In this document: positions 26,212 to 40,206 of the stretch, piece after piece
How positions within the stretch are numbered: the stretch's first letter is position 1
Layout of the letters: the number at the start of each line of letters is the position of its first letter
DNA from: Mobula hypostoma
Lineage: Eukaryota
Assembly: GCF_963921235.1 (NCBI RefSeq)
Contig: NC_086097.1
Coordinates: 174,346,001-174,410,000 of the forward strand
Length of the DNA stretch: 64,000 nt
Direction of reading: 5' to 3'
Notes under the pieces: generated by a model
The model's input: only the letters and a program-made list of their open reading frames with translations
What the model was told of the DNA's origin: nothing
The model's database searches: none
Translations under genes and position numbers: made by a program

Positions 26212-29200
26212 CGAATTGAATTTCATCTGCCATACTTTGTCTTGCAATCGCGTGTGGTGTCATGGTCGTGCCCCCACAACTTGACAGGGCTTACTGTTTA
26301 GTTCATCCTCAAATCCATTTATTTATTTATTGAGATACAGCGTGGAATAGGCCCTTCCAATCCTTCAAATGGCACTGCTCAGCATTCCTCTGATTTAATC
26401 CTAGCCTAGTCACAGGACAATGATCAGTTAACTTACCAACCTGTAGATTAATATATGGTAAAGCCAAGGTCATGGTACCAAATCCGTCGAGCACTCTACT
26501 TGCCACTTTCTACCCATCATATAAGGTTTCTCGTATCTTGTTTTCTATCTGCCAGCTAATTACTAACCCTTATCAAACATTCCATGCAGACTAACTAAAT
26601 TATCTTTTATGCAGAAGAAATGTCTTCAGGATGTTTCCTCGTGTTATTCAAAGATTCAAAGTGCATTTATTGTCAAAGAATGTATAACTTGAACAACCCT
26701 AACATGTGTTTGCTTACAGGCAGTCTCAAAGCAAGGAACCCAAAAGAACGCAGTTAAAAAAAAAATAGGACCAACCCCCAGGGGCAGTGAAAAAGAGGGA
26801 AAAAACAGAACAAATCATGCAAACAATAGAAGCAAGCAACAGCAACAGCATTCCCAACCAAATTAAGTCCTAAGATCCAAATCCCCGTACAGCCTGGCAT
26901 AGGCCCAAAGCTTTGATATACAGTTCATCATATTAATCGGGCAAATCGCTACAAGGTTCACAGACATAAAGCACAGCAGCCAGGGCAGTCTCACAGCCTT
27001 AGTGTCACGGAGAGAGGAGCCCCCAAACTAACTGGGCTGGCATTTAAATTGTACAAACCTCGCACTAGGACCTGTCCCCGCTGCGGAGAATCACTCTGGG
27101 CCTAGATTTTGCTGCCGGAGAAGTTGATCTCAACCTCATTATTTATGTATGTGTTAATGTGTATGTCAGCTAAATTGTAGATAATTCGTGCCACTTAGTT
27201 TAAGGAAATAGCATCAAACTTAAATGAGCAATTTCAATGTGACTATTAGCATATTACTGTCAAATTTCCCAGAATTTACTGTTCTTTATCAAATGATACT
27301 TATTTTGGATAGCAAAGTAGAAACTTGCTGAGTCACGTTGGCATGATATTAAAACTTAATAAATTTAGACCCAAGGGGGATTAAGCATGCATAATAAGAA
27401 AATCATGCAGAATTCAGCAGTAAACTAATGCAAACCTTTTAGGATTCAGTTAAAATTTACCACTATTTTATGGATTAAAAGTGCTGATTGGTGTGAGATA
27501 AGCAACTATTAAAATAGACAGCTCATTCTTAACAGTGGGTCGTACATTTTGTTCTGGCTGCAACTAGTTAGCTGATGCATTTCTGTGGATCATCATGACC
27601 TAGTTGATAGGAGAGAGAACTTTATAATAATAACATGTATATGTATAGTCAACTACCATCATCTGGTCTATGTTATTGAGAATAAACTGAGTGTCCTGCA
27701 TTGAATTAGATTAATTGTAATACAAATAGAACCCTGCATAGCTCCAGTCTTATACAGGAAAGGGAGAGGATTGGACAGATTGTTCTGTTTGATAAACTGA
27801 AACTGAAGATGTAGGAGAATGGTTTCAGTGCATAAATTTTACTTCCTCTATTTCATTCCTCAGACTTTTTTTTGCCATCTAATGAACATTACCATGAACT
27901 ATGTTCCAATGAATTTCTGTGTTCACCAATAAGATTTCTTTAGTTTTCTTTTAAATAAAAGAATCTGATTTTGCTTTTGGTTTGCAAAACCTAGTGCCTC
28001 TTGAAACTGATGGGCTTGGTGTGCTGGAAGTTTGGCTCACCTCACCATTTATGCATGAAACACATTTTTAATGACACTTTAGATGCTATTTTATTGAATT
28101 TAGATTGGCTATATTTATCACAGTTCTTAAAGGGAGGCACCTTCTGTGATCAAAGAGGACAGAGTGGTGCAGGGAACTTTAGCTTCAAACTCAGTTATAA
28201 AATGAAGTGAGTGAGATGAGTTTATTCTAGCAGCTCAAGTAAAATGCTTTCAGAAGCAATGGCTGTTAGATTTATTTTTACCTTAGCATGATTAATACTT
28301 TACTTAATTTCTCAATATTTGTTTTTGTTTACGGGAAAGCTGAAAGCACCCAAATCAGTTGATAAATTTAAAGCTCTTTTGTGGTAGTTTAGAGTAACAT
28401 AATGCAGGATGAACCCAAATTATATGCAAGTATTTTCCTGCTATTATTTAGTAGGCTAGCTGTTGTTAATTCAGGTTTTCCAGAAATGCTTATTATCCCA
28501 GGAGGCCTGAAAACAAAGTTATTTTCTATTCAGGCACAGGGTGAAGGTGTCAGTGCTGGACCAGTACATAATGCTCCTCTTTAATTACCCCTCAGAAGGT
28601 AGTGGTAAGCTCTCATCTTGATCAACTGTAGTTCTTACACTATGGATGTTCCCAGATTGATATTGGATAGGGAGTTGTAAGATTTTGATCAGTGATATGT
28701 ATTTCCTTGTATGTGACTTGGAAAGGATTGTATGGATAGTAGTGTTCCTACACATAGGGAGTCATTGTCCTTTGATCGAGTTTACAGGTCTGGAAGATGC
28801 TTTCAAAATAGTTTTGCGAAGTTGCTGTAATGCACTTTCTAAGTGTGGCTGCTGCTATGTGCCAGTGTTGGAAGAAGTGACTATTTATGCTGTTCAAGTG
28901 GGCTGATTTGTCCTGTTTCAATAGTAAACATTTGACAATACTATCCCTTTTCTAGTTCTGACTACGTTATTGAGATGAAAACAAGTAGAACTTGTAATTA
29001 CAGAATATAGTATGTAACATTGAAATACATTATGTAGAATCATCTGTGGCACTGAAGGGGGGTTAGTTGCCAAATTGTGTTCTTGCCAAACAAAATTGAA
29101 CTCATTAATTTTGACCCTATTTTTACTGAGTCCATAGACTTAGAAGTTACAGAAACCCTTTCTCATGTTTATATTGACCTTCATTGAAACTCTGTTAGAG

Positions 29201-29439
29201 AGCAAAGAGAGGGCAGAATATGATTTGAATGAAGAATTAAATTGCTAGGCATAAGTGCAGGTTTTCTGCAAATTAATTGATTTCTTCAAGAGGGGACCAC
29301 ATATGAATAACAAATGCAGAACACTAAATTGAAAGAGATTTTGGTGACTTAATACTTTACCCAGAAGGTGTGTTTGGAGCCCTGGATAACAATTTAAAAA
29401 GAGAAATAAAAGAACAAGCTTTGATTCTTCTGTTGAATG

Positions 29440-30770
29440 GGAAAATACAGGAAAAGGGTAGTGGGTCTTGCTATGAGAAGCATGAAGCAGGACATTATGA
29501 AGGGAACAGGAAATAGAGAGGGGACAGGTAGATGTGCCTGGTAGTTGCATTATACTGAGGGTGACTAATTATATGTGAGGGCTTGTGAGTTGGAAGGTGA
29601 AGAAAAGGATAACTATAATCTTGTATTTGCTGGGAGGAAAGTGAGTGAGAGCGGAAGTGCAAGAAATAAACAGCCATGGCCGAGTGCCCTCTCAGCTATG
29701 CTGGACAGGGAACCATTGCTGAGGATAAAGGAAAGATGTGGGAAGCACTGGCATGTAAGATGTCAATGTCAGAACAGATATGGTGCAGCCATGGATACGA
29801 TGAGAACAGACTGGAATCCTTATAAGAAATAGCATGGGATTAGGTGAAGTCACATTCGGTGTAGGAGTCAATACAATTGAATAGATATCTGACATTAATG
29901 TGTCTCATGAGATGGAGAAGGAAGTGAGGAAGGGAAGGAAGGAGCCAGACACTGACATTTGAAAGTGAGGGCATGATGTACTGTAATCAGTAGGAAAGAA
30001 GTTGGTATTTTATGTTGCAGTTGTACAAGATGTTGGTGAGGCTGCATTTGGAATATTGTGTTCAGTTTTGATGATTCTGCTATCAGACAGATGCTATTAA
30101 GGTGGAAAGAGTGCAGAGGATATTTACAAGCATATTGCTGGTTCTCGAGAGACTGAGTTAAGTAGAGAGGTTGAGTAGATTGGGACTTTACTCATAGGAG
30201 AATGAGTGGTGAGAATATAGAGGTTTATAAAATCATGAGGGGCAAAGATAGAATGAATGTGCATAGTTTTTCCCCCAGAGTTGAGAAATTAAGAACGAGG
30301 GGGCGTCGGTTTATGGTGAGAGGGGAGAGATTTAATTGGAACCTGAGGGGCAACTTTTCCACCGAGAAGGTGGTCGGTGTATGGAATGAGCTGCCAGAGG
30401 AAGTGTAGTTAAGAAGACAATAAAGTGCAAGGCCATAACAAGGTAGATTATAAGATCATTTTATTGCACAAGAGGTCCATTCCAATAATCTTATAATACT
30501 GGGATTAAAAACTGTCCTTAAGCCTGTGGTATGTGATTTTTCAACTTATTTTAAAATCTTCTGCCTGACAGGAGGGGGGGATTATGGATTCCAGTAACAG
30601 AACCCTCTTTTCAGAGAAGATGAATGAAGTTAAAGACTAAGTTGTTCAGTATGAGAGTTTAGCTAGAAAATATGTTTGATGGATGGGTGCTAAGTTGGTC
30701 CGCTGTTCAAGGAAGAAGCAGAGGGTCCCTTCAGACCAAGTGTTGTAGGATGGAGGTAAAGAGACTAGAA
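29440..30770 (-). mobile_element. Ancient decayed PLE, interrupted by a CR1 fragment (~30000-30410, +) and another LINE tail
   Basis: The reverse complement of 30585-30770 resembles the RT segment SLYTSI...LAELVLTLNNFSF seen intact at 38860-39010. ORF 30202..30408 is a CR1 C-terminus. Confidence 0.5.
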
Positions 30771-31759
30771 TTTAATCTTTTTGGCATAAATAACCTTGAG
30801 TACTTAACAATAAATCCAACAGTTCCAGAACTTTAGCCTTTCCAGTCAGTAATTTCTAAAATGTATGCATACTGGCAGAACAACGTATCCTAATTGCCTT
30901 TAGATAGTGCCCACCTTCTTGAATTGGTGTACTACTTTCTCGTGGTGGTCTTCTCACAATGCTAATAGAGAAGGAGTTTAGGAGCTGGAACCAGTGATGG
31001 AGTAATTTGTGTTTCTCAGTCAGAATGATGTGCAGCTTGGGGGGAATCTAGAAGTTGTGTTCACATGTGGCTACAACCCTGATTTTTCTAGGTGGAAGAT
31101 ACTGTTTGCATGATCTAAGCAATTCATGCACTTTATAGGTGCATGACTCTCTCCTGATTTGTGCTTTGCAGTGGGAGAAAGGTTTTGTGATGTCAGGACA
31201 TAAATAGCAGGATATCCATCCTCTGAGCTGCTCTTATAGTCCTCATAGTTAAGTATTTGGTTCAGGAACTTCTGGTTGCTGGTGACCACCAGGATGTCGA
31301 TGAAGGGGGCTCGGTGCTGGTAATGCCATTGAGTATGGAGAGTAGATGATTAGACACTTGTTTGAGATGGTAATTTTCTAATAATTTGGTGGCATGAAAT
31401 CTGCTCGTCTCCAATTTTTGGAAGCCTATGTCTGAATGTTGTCTAGGTCCTGTTGCAGACATGCATTTTGTTTGGGCTCATCCACTCATAATAAATATTA
31501 ATATTTTGATGAAGTAATGTCTCTAGTTATGCAATTGACACAAAGTTGAATGGAGTGATAGGTGTTTGCAGAGAGCCACCAGAGTGATTTGATCCAGTTG
31601 AATGACTTGGTTGATATTATTAAAAAATAACAGTCAAAGCAGAAAAGCAGATGATAATTTGACTGGAGAGGTACTAAGATATGGGAGGCGCAGTGAGACC
31701 TGGATGTTCTTGTGCATCTATCTTTGAAAGTAAGCATACAAATATAGCAGATATAATTT

Positions 31760-34550
31760 TCAATCCACATAGACTGTGGACTTCTGGTGAGGAAGTTGAA
31801 GCAGGTATAGATGCCCAGGTTTTGGAGCTTTTCCGTAAGATCATAAGAATAGGAGCAGAATTAGGCCATTAGTCTGCTGCACCATTTCATCATGGCTGAT
31901 CCAATTTTCCTCTCAGCCCCAATTTCCTGCCTTCTCCTTGTATCCCTTCATATGCTGACCAATCAAGAATCTATCAACCTCTGCTTTAAATATACAGAAA
32001 GACTTGGCTTCTACGGCTACCTGTGGCAAAGAATTCCACAGATTCACCACTCTCTGTCTAAAGAAATTCCTCCTCATTTCTGTTCTAAAAGGACATCCCT
32101 CTATTCTGAGGTGATAGCCTCTGATCTTAGGCTCACCCACCATAGAAAATATCCTCTCCAGATCCACACTATCAAGGCCCTTTCACCATTCGATAGATTT
32201 CAATGAGGTCATCCCTCATTCTTATGAATTTCAGTGAAGACAGGCCCAGAGCCATCAAACGCTCTTCATATGACAAGACATTCAATCCTGGAATCATTTT
32301 TGTGAACCTTCTTTGAACCCTCTCCAGTAACAGTGCATCATATTTAAGATAAGGGGCCCAAAACTGCTCTCAATACTCCAAGTGAAGCCTCACCAGTGCT
32401 TTATAAAGTCTCGACATTACATCCTTACTTTTATATTCTAGTCCTCTTGAAATAAATGATAACATCGTATTTGCCTTCCTCACCACAGACTCAACCTGTA
32501 AATTAACCTTTAGGGAATCCTGCACAAGGACTCCCAAGTCCCTTTGCGTCTCACTTTGTTGTATTTTCTCTCCATTTAGAAAATAGTCAACCCTTTTATT
32601 TCTTCTACCAAGTGCATGACTATACACTTCCCGACACTGTATTCCATCTTTCATTTCTTTGCATATTCTCCTAATCTATCTTAGTCCTTCTGTTGCCTCT
32701 CTACTTCCTTAGAATTACTGGCCCCTTGACTTATCTTCATATCGTCTGCAAACTTTGCAACAAAGCCATCAATTCCATCATCCAAATCATTGACATATTG
32801 CGTAAAAAGAATCGGTCCCAACATAGACCCCTGTGGAACACCACTAGTCACTAGCAGCCAATCAGAAAAGGCTTCCTTAATTCCTGCTCTTTGCCTGCTG
32901 CCAATTAGCCACTGCTTTATCCATGCTAGAATCTTTCTTGTAATACCATGGGCTCGTAGCTTGTTAAGCAACCTCATGTGTAGCACCTAGAGAGCCTATG
33001 AGATGGCTTTTTAGAGCAGCTCATAATTGAACCCACTAGGGGATCAGCTATTCTAGATTAGGTGTTGTGCAATGAACCGGGATTAATTAGAGAGTTTAAG
33101 GCAAAAGAACCCTTAGGGGAAAGTGATCATAATGTGATCGAATTCACCCTGAAATTTGAGAAGGATAAGCTAATGTCAGATGTATCAGTATTACAGTGAA
33201 GTAAAGGGAATTACAGAGACATGAGAGAGGAGTTGCAAGAATTGATTGGGAAAGAATACTGGCAGGGATGATAAGAGAACAGCAACGTCTGGAATTACTG
33301 GAAGCAATTTGGAAGGCACAGGGTATATACATCCCAAAGAGGAAGAAGTATTCTAAAGACAAGATGACATAACTGTGGCTTACAAGAGAAGTCAAAGCCA
33401 ACATAAAAGCCAAAGAGAGGGCATGTAATAGAGCAATAATTAGTGTGAAGTTAGGGGATTGGGGAGCTTTTAAAAACCACCAGAAGGCGACTGAAAAAGT
33501 CATTAAGAAGGTAAAGATGGAATATGAAAGTAAGCTAGCCAATAATATTAAAGTGGATACCAAAAGTTTCTTCAGATACGTTAAGTGTAAAAGAGAGGTG
33601 AGAATAGATATCTGACTGCTGGAAGATGATGCTGGAGAAGTAGTAATGGGGGACAAAGAAATGTTGGATGAACTGCATAAGTATTTTGCATCAGTCTTCA
33701 AGACAATTAGCAGTATGGTGGCAGTTCCAGGTGTCAGGGCCCTGGAGTGTGTGAAGTTACCATAACTGAAGAGAAAATTCCTTGGAAACTGAAAGGCCTG
33801 AAGTTAGATAAGTCACCTGGGCCAGATGGTGTACACCCCAGAGTTCTGAAAGAGGTGGATGAAGAGATCGTGGCGGCATTAGTAATGATTTGTCAAGAAT
33901 CACTAGATTCTGGAATAGTTCCAGAAGACTGGAAATTGCAAATGTCACTCCACTCTTCAAGGAGGGAGAGAGGCAGAAGAACGGAAACTATAGGCCTTTT
34001 AGTCTTCCCAACCTCAGTGGTTGGAAAGATGTTAGAGTCGATTATTAGGGATGAGGTCTCAGGGTACTTGGAGGCTTATGATAAAATGGATCATAGTTAA
34101 CATGGTTTCCTCAAGGGAAAATCTTGCCCAACAAATCTGTTGGAATTTTTCGAAGAAGTAACAAACAGGATAGACAAAGGAGAATCATTTAGCAGGGGAT
34201 TTTCATCAGAACTGTAGTAATTATTGTGTTAAATGCTGAGCTGTTGTCAATAAAAAGCAGCTTTTCATAAGTTTTAGTATTGTCCAGGTGATCCAGGACT
34301 GTGTGAAGAGCCAATGAAATCGCATCCTCTGTAGGCCTATTGTGGCAATAGGCAAATTCTAGTGGGTCCACGTCCTTGGTTAGCCAGGAGTTGATTCTAG
34401 TCAACAAAAACCTCTTGAAGCACTTCATCATTGTAGGTGTGAGTACTACTGGACAATGGTCATAAAGGCAGCGCATCCTGCTCTTCTTGGACACTGATAT
34501 GATTGTTGCCCTTTAGAAGCAGTTTGGTACTTTGAACTGTAGCAATGAAT
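31760..34550 (-). mobile_element. Rex1-like LINE fragment split by a rearranged CR1 (Rex1 parts 31760-31835 and 34195-34550)
   Basis: ORF 34189..34494 (PVVLTPTMMKCFKR, LFIDNSSAFNTI) continues across the insertion as KLQNLG...NFLTRSPQS at 31830-31770. Confidence 0.75.
31836..34187. mobile_element. CR1 LINE with 5' inversion: 31836-32988 (-) RT to 3' tail, 32989-34187 (+) endonuclease end to RT start
   Basis: The - ORFs are 32681..32986 (SGVPQGSMLGP, KFADD), 32370..32654 and 31913..32167. The + ORF is 33747..34100 (KSPGPDGVHPRVLKE). The two pieces are adjacent parts of one ORF2 in opposite orientation. Confidence 0.88.
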
Positions 34551-36339
34551 TAGTAAATCCTTCAGATCCCAATTAAACCCCAATCCATTTTTAATTAATT
34601 TATTTTTCAAGTTTCCCAGTGAAGGAAGATTGGGAAGTTAAGTGAGAATATGACAATTGGGGCTTAGCAGATCTGGAGGGAGTGTGGGGAACTGTAGCTT
34701 GGTGAATAAAAGTGAGCATTGGAATCATGGCCCTGCAAGGCAGCAGAGAGCATAGAAACAGGGTCTCAGTGAGTTGTAGAGAATACGGAAAGGTGGCACT
34801 CCCAGTGAGTGGAAGGGAGTGTAGGACTGAGCCAGGGCTGTCAGAATGGGGCATTGGAACTGGGGCCCTGGTGAAGCAGAAAGGAGCGTGGATACCTGGC
34901 ACCTGGTGAATAGTAGTGAGGTGTGGCTATTTCTGCTTGGGATTGTTTTCACTGAAGTTTCAAAGAATGAGAAGGAATTTTAATGAAATTGTTGGCCATT
35001 TTGGAGAATTGTGTATAGTTCTGGTCATCACAGAATAGGAAAGATTCAATTAAGCAAGAGAAGGTGCAGGGGAGTCACAAAGATGTTGCCAAGATTAGAG
35101 AACTTGGAAAGGGGTGAAAATGAGAAACTAGGTAGGCTGGATCTGTTTTCTCTAATGTAAATGAGGCTGAATGGTGACATTTTAGAGGTATAGAAAATTG
35201 AGAGGCATATTTAGGGTAGATGGCCAGTGTTAGTTTCATAGCAGACTCATCTGCTCATGAATGAATTTCAGATTCTAACTGCAGTTTATCTCAGATCTGT
35301 GCAAAGTGATTCCTTTGTCCATGTGATGTCATAACTGGGAGATGCGCTCCTTTCTGAGATGGTCTCCATTCCATTTCTGCAGCCCTTAGGTGACTGAGGT
35401 CAATATGGGATCCGCAGACAGCTGTGGGTGTGTGGTGCACTTGGTGGGTTGGATGAAGTGGGTACTTTGGTAAGTGGTGTGTTTCTTCCATTGCTTCCAC
35501 TCGGCTTCTCTCTGCTCTTGATCATGAATTCAAAGTTTTTATGTTCAATCTAAATTTTCAGAACTAAGGTTACTCTAAAGCCTTTGAGCTTGGACTCTGA
35601 TACTTGCGTAAATGTGTCTGAGGTTGGAGTAACCTTGGTTCTCAATTGGAGGCAACATAGTTTGAACAGTTGGCTATCAGACTTGTATAGTTTATCTTTA
35701 CCCCAGTAGCAAGCTTGTTGGCATTGTGATGAGAGATATGGCAAAGTGCTGGGTCAGTATTGTGCCCTAACTTAGCTGTACCAAGATTAGATATATTTAG
35801 AACCAATGGTTAGAATCATGAAGCAAGTATGAGATAGAGATGAATTTATGCAGGACACCGGATTTGAGAGGGGTACTCAAAGTTCCTCACAACTGTTGGG
35901 GTCAAAACATTTAGTGGTGTCTAAAAAGACCATGTGTACTGTTTTGGTGCTGCTCCCTGCTTTTCTTGGAGTTACTGTATATTGAAGTTATCTCCACTGT
36001 TTCTCTTGACAGACTGAATGCACACTGCATTTTGAGTAGTAGTTCTGCATCCACGGGGGGGTGGGGAGAGGAGAGGTTGAGAAGGATCCTGGGAAGATTT
36101 GCAAAGAACAGTCAGATTTGTTTCTTTCATAATGGCAATTACAGTAATTGTGTCTCTAATGTTCTCAGACCTGTTGTCTTCTTCCTGATGAGGGAGATGA
36201 GATAGAATTCTGTCAACATTAGGGTTTAGAACTTTAGTAAGAATATCACATATAAGTATAGTATGGTTGGATGCATTTTGTGTTTAATGATAGATAACTG
36301 ACAATGTAATGGCACACTGCTGTCTCAACTTTTGTTGGT

Positions 36340-36610
36340 GGATGTTGTTTTTGTGGAGTTTGCACATTCTCTCTCGGACCCTGTGGGTTTCTCTAGATGC
36401 TCTAGTTTTCTCATTGATTGGTAGGTTAATTGTGCACTGTAAATAAGGTGGCGATAGAATTGGGAGTTGATGGCCATTTGAAATAACAAAATAAGAAGAG
36501 TGTAGGGTTGGTGTAAGTGGGTGCTTGATAGCTATCACAATTAGACTGAATAGTCTGTTTGTTTGGCCAAATTATCTTTGTCTGTGCTGTATAGCTTTTT
36601 GACTCTATCC
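36340..36610 (+). mobile_element. Degenerate V-SINE-like element
   Basis: TGTGGAGTTTGCACATTCTC...TGTGGGTTTCTCTAGATGCTCTAGTTT core and a CR1-like tail GTGCTGTA...GACTCTA. Confidence 0.55.
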
Positions 36611-37665
36611 AGCTGATGAAACTGAACAACATTTTGTTTCAGTCCTATATTAATTTTGCTAACTCTTTTTGTATCTTGTTTATTTTATTTTGTTATTCAT
36701 TAAGATTTTAGAATTATATTAAAATCTGTAGTGAGGATACATTTAAAATTAAAAAAGATTTGCTGTTTATTGCTAAATCATAAACCGTAATTGGTTTAAT
36801 AGATATTTCATGTTGTCGACGTTTATTCTGTTGGTGGGATGGTGTGCGTAGGATAACTACGGTATTTTGTAAGGGTAAATTTCCTAATTTTAAACAAATT
36901 CCACTGTTTTCACAGTCTTTCCTCAAGGAGCCATTCAACAAATGAATTCAGTTGCATTTGACTCCCAATTGACAAGCCATTTTTCAGCGTTAATGAAGTG
37001 TAATTAGAAACAGCAATAGATGCAAGCATTTTCTTGCTGAAATGATGAATGCTTATGCACACCATGTTTTTCATAAAGCACTCTATTCTGAGCAATGACT
37101 AAATGGCAAAAAAAATTTATTTATGTGCCAATGATTTAAAACTTAGCATATAATTACCTTTTAAGCAGTGTAAGACTCTAAGTCACTGATCTTGTAAAAT
37201 GGTTTACACAATGCTGTGCCAAATCAAAAGATGATTGTTAGGGTAGTGTGTTAAACATAATTAAAACCGGTTTGTTCTAAATCTACTCTTTGGAAATATT
37301 GTCCAGTTTGTTAGTTTGGGGAGCTATCACGTTTTAACTGCTATTTTGATAAGTGCTTCTTTGGCTGAAAGATACTTAGCGATATAAAAAGAGTGAAAAG
37401 TACATAGTAAATAGCCTTTTATTAAAATAACTACATCATTGTGACCTGCTTTCATTTTTGTCAAAACTCTTAGATTTTCAGTCAGTTCATTTTCCCATGT
37501 GAATGTCTCAACTCTTGTGCCTGCCATTCGATGGGTGTGGTAGGAAGAGAAAGGTTGGATTAATTTGCAAACAACAGGAATTCTGCAGATGCTGGAAATT
37601 CAAGCAACACACATCAAAGTTGCTGGTGAACGCAGCAGGCCAGGCAGCATATCTAGGAAGAGGTA

Positions 37666-37703
37666 CAGTCGATGTTTCAGGCTGAGACCCTTCGTCAGGA
37701 CTA
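37666..37703 (-). ncRNA. Minimal hammerhead ribozyme motif in the PLE terminal repeat (inverted arm)
   Basis: The - strand reads UAGUC CUGACGA AGG-gucucag-CCU GAAA CA UC^GACUG. Stem I is 5 bp including one U-G pair and the core is intact. The ACGU palindrome has changed to ACAU. Confidence 0.7.
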
Positions 37704-38541
37704 ACTGAAGGAAGAGTGAGTAAGAGATTTGAAAGTGGGAGGGGGAGGAGGAGATCCAAAATGATAGGAGAAGACAGGAGGGGGAGGGATGGAGCCAAGA
37801 GCTGGACAGGTGATTGGCAAAGGGAATATGAGAGGATCATGGGACAGGAGGCCCGGGGAGAAAGACAAGGGGGGGGGAACCCAGAGAATGGGCAAGGGGT
37901 ATAGTCAGAGGGGCAGAGGGAGAAAAAGGAGAGTGAGAGAAAGAATGTGTGTATAAAAATAAATAACGGATGGGATACGAGGGGGAGGTGGGGCATTAGC
38001 AGAAGTTAGATAAGTCAATGTTCATGCCATCAGGTTGGAGGCTACCCAGATGGAATATAAGGTGTTCCTCCAACCTGAGTGTGGCTTCATCTTTACAGTA
38101 GAGGAGGCCGTGGATAGACATGTCAGAATGGGAATGGGATGTGGAATTAAAATGTGTGGCCACTGGGAGATCCTGCTTTCTCTGGTGGACAGAGCGTAGG
38201 TGTTCAGCAAAGTGGTCTCCAAGTCTGCATCGGGTCTCGCCAATATATAGAAGGCCACATCGGGAGCACCGGACGCAGTATATCACCCCAGCCGACTCAC
38301 AGATGAAGTGTCGCCTCACCTGGAAGGACTGTCTGGGGCCCTGAATGGTGGTAAGGGAGGAAGTGTAAGGGCATGTGTAGCACTTGTTCCACGTACAAGG
38401 ATAAGTGCCAGGAGGGAGGTTGGTAGCAGTGGATGGGAGATCCCCTGAGTGGATAAAGTCGGTGATGGTGTGGGAGAAAATGGCCTGATGCTGCTTAGTG
38501 GGGTCACGATCGAGGGGTAAATAAGAGGAGGTATCCGCGAG

Positions 38542-40206
38542 TTGTCGCTGTGCCACACCATCACCGACTTTATCCGCTCAGGGGATCTCCCATCCACTGC
38601 TACCAACCTTATAGTTCCCACACCCTGCACTTCCCATTTCTACCTCCTACCCAAGATCCACAAACCTGCCTGTCCTGGCAGACCTATTGTCTCAGCTTGC
38701 TCCTGCCCCACTGAACTCGTTTCTGCATACCTCAACACGGTTTTATCCCCCCTTGTTCAATCCCTTCCTACCTATGTTCGTGACACTTCTCACGCTCTTA
38801 AACTTTTCGATGATTTTAAGTTCCCTGGCCCCCACCGCTTTGTTTTCACCCTGGATGTCCAGTCCCTATATACTTCCATCCCCCATCAGGAAGGTCTCAA
38901 AGCTCTCTGCTTCTTTTTGGATCCCAGACCTAATCAGTTCCCCTGTACCACCATTCTGCTCCGTCTGGCGGAATTAGTCCTTACTCTTAATAATTTCTCC
39001 TTTGGCTCCTCCCACTTCCTCCAAACTAAAGGTGTAGCTATGGGCATCCATATGGGTCCTAGCTATGCCTGCCTTTTTGTTGGCTTTGTGGAACAATCTA
39101 TGTTCCGTACCTATTCTGGTATCTGTCCCCCACTTTTCCTTCGCTACATCGAAGACTGCATTGGCGCTGCTTCCTGCACGCATGCTGAGCTCATTGACTT
39201 TATTAACTTTGCCTCCAACTTTCACCCTGCCCTCAAGTTTCCCTGGTCCATTTCCGACACCTCCCTCCCCTTTCTAGATCTTTCTTTCTCTATCTCTGGG
39301 GACAGCTTATCCACTGATGTCTACTATAAGCCTACTGACTCTCACAGCTGTCTGGACTATTCCTCTTCTCACCCTGTCTCTTGCAAAAATGCCATCCCCT
39401 TCTCGCAATTCCTCCGTCTCCGCCGCATCTGCTCTCAGGATGAGGCTTTTCATTCCAGGACGAGGGAGATGTCCTCCTTTTTTAAAGAAAGGGGCTTCCC
39501 TTCCTGCACCATCAACTCTGCTCTCAAACACATCTCCCCCATTTCACGCACATCTGCTCTCACTCCATCCTCCCGCCACCCCACTAGGAAAAGGGTTCCC
39601 CTTGTCCTCACCTACCACCCCACCAGCCTCCGGGTCCAACATATTATTCTCCGTAACTTCCGCCACCTCCAACGGGATCCAATCACTAAGCACATCTTTC
39701 CCTCCCCCCCCCCCCTTTCCGTAGGGATCGCTCCCTACGTGACTCCCTTGTCCATTCGTCCCCTCCCATCCCTCCCCACTGATCTCCCTCCTGGCACTTA
39801 TCCTTGTAAGCGAAACAAGTGCTACACATGCCCTTACACTTCCTCCCTTACCACCATTCAGGGCCCCAGACAGTCCTTCCAGGTGAGGCAACACTTCACC
39901 TGTGAGTCGGCTGGGGTGATATACTGCGTCTGGTGCTCCCGATGTGGCCTTCTATATATTGGTGAGACCCGACGCAGACTGGGAGACCGCTTTGCTGAAC
40001 ACCTACGCTCTGTCCACCAGAGAAAGCAGGATCTCCCAGTGGCCACACACTTTAATTCCACATCCCATTCCCATTCTGACATGTCTATCCACGGCCTCCT
40101 CTACTGTAAAGATGAAGCCACGCTCAGGTTGGAGGAACACCTTATATTCCATCTGGGTAGCCTCCAACCTGATGGCATGAACATTGACTTATCTAACTTC
40201 TGCTAA
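38542..40206 (+). pseudogene. PLE ORF (RT plus Cys-rich linker plus GIY-YIG endonuclease), N-terminally truncated, catalytic motif altered
   Basis: FYLLPKIHKP, GRPIVS, LDVQSLYTSI, KGVAMG, RYIED (YIDD expected), FLDL, YYKPTD; linker CKRNKCYTC; GVIYCVWCSRCGLLYIGETRRRLGDRFAEH. Confidence 0.93.

Noticed and set aside
27120..28580. Repeat-poor stretch as a conserved enhancer or hidden exon (also 51550-53780)
   Set aside because: There is no kinase-like translation or convincing splice pair, and conservation cannot be assessed without alignments.
38542..40206. The 554-aa ORF as an active or domesticated RT gene
   Set aside because: Its start codon lies in the inverted arm across the junction, the N-terminus is missing, YIDD reads YIED, and a stretch after the poly-C at ~39704 appears to be locally out of frame.
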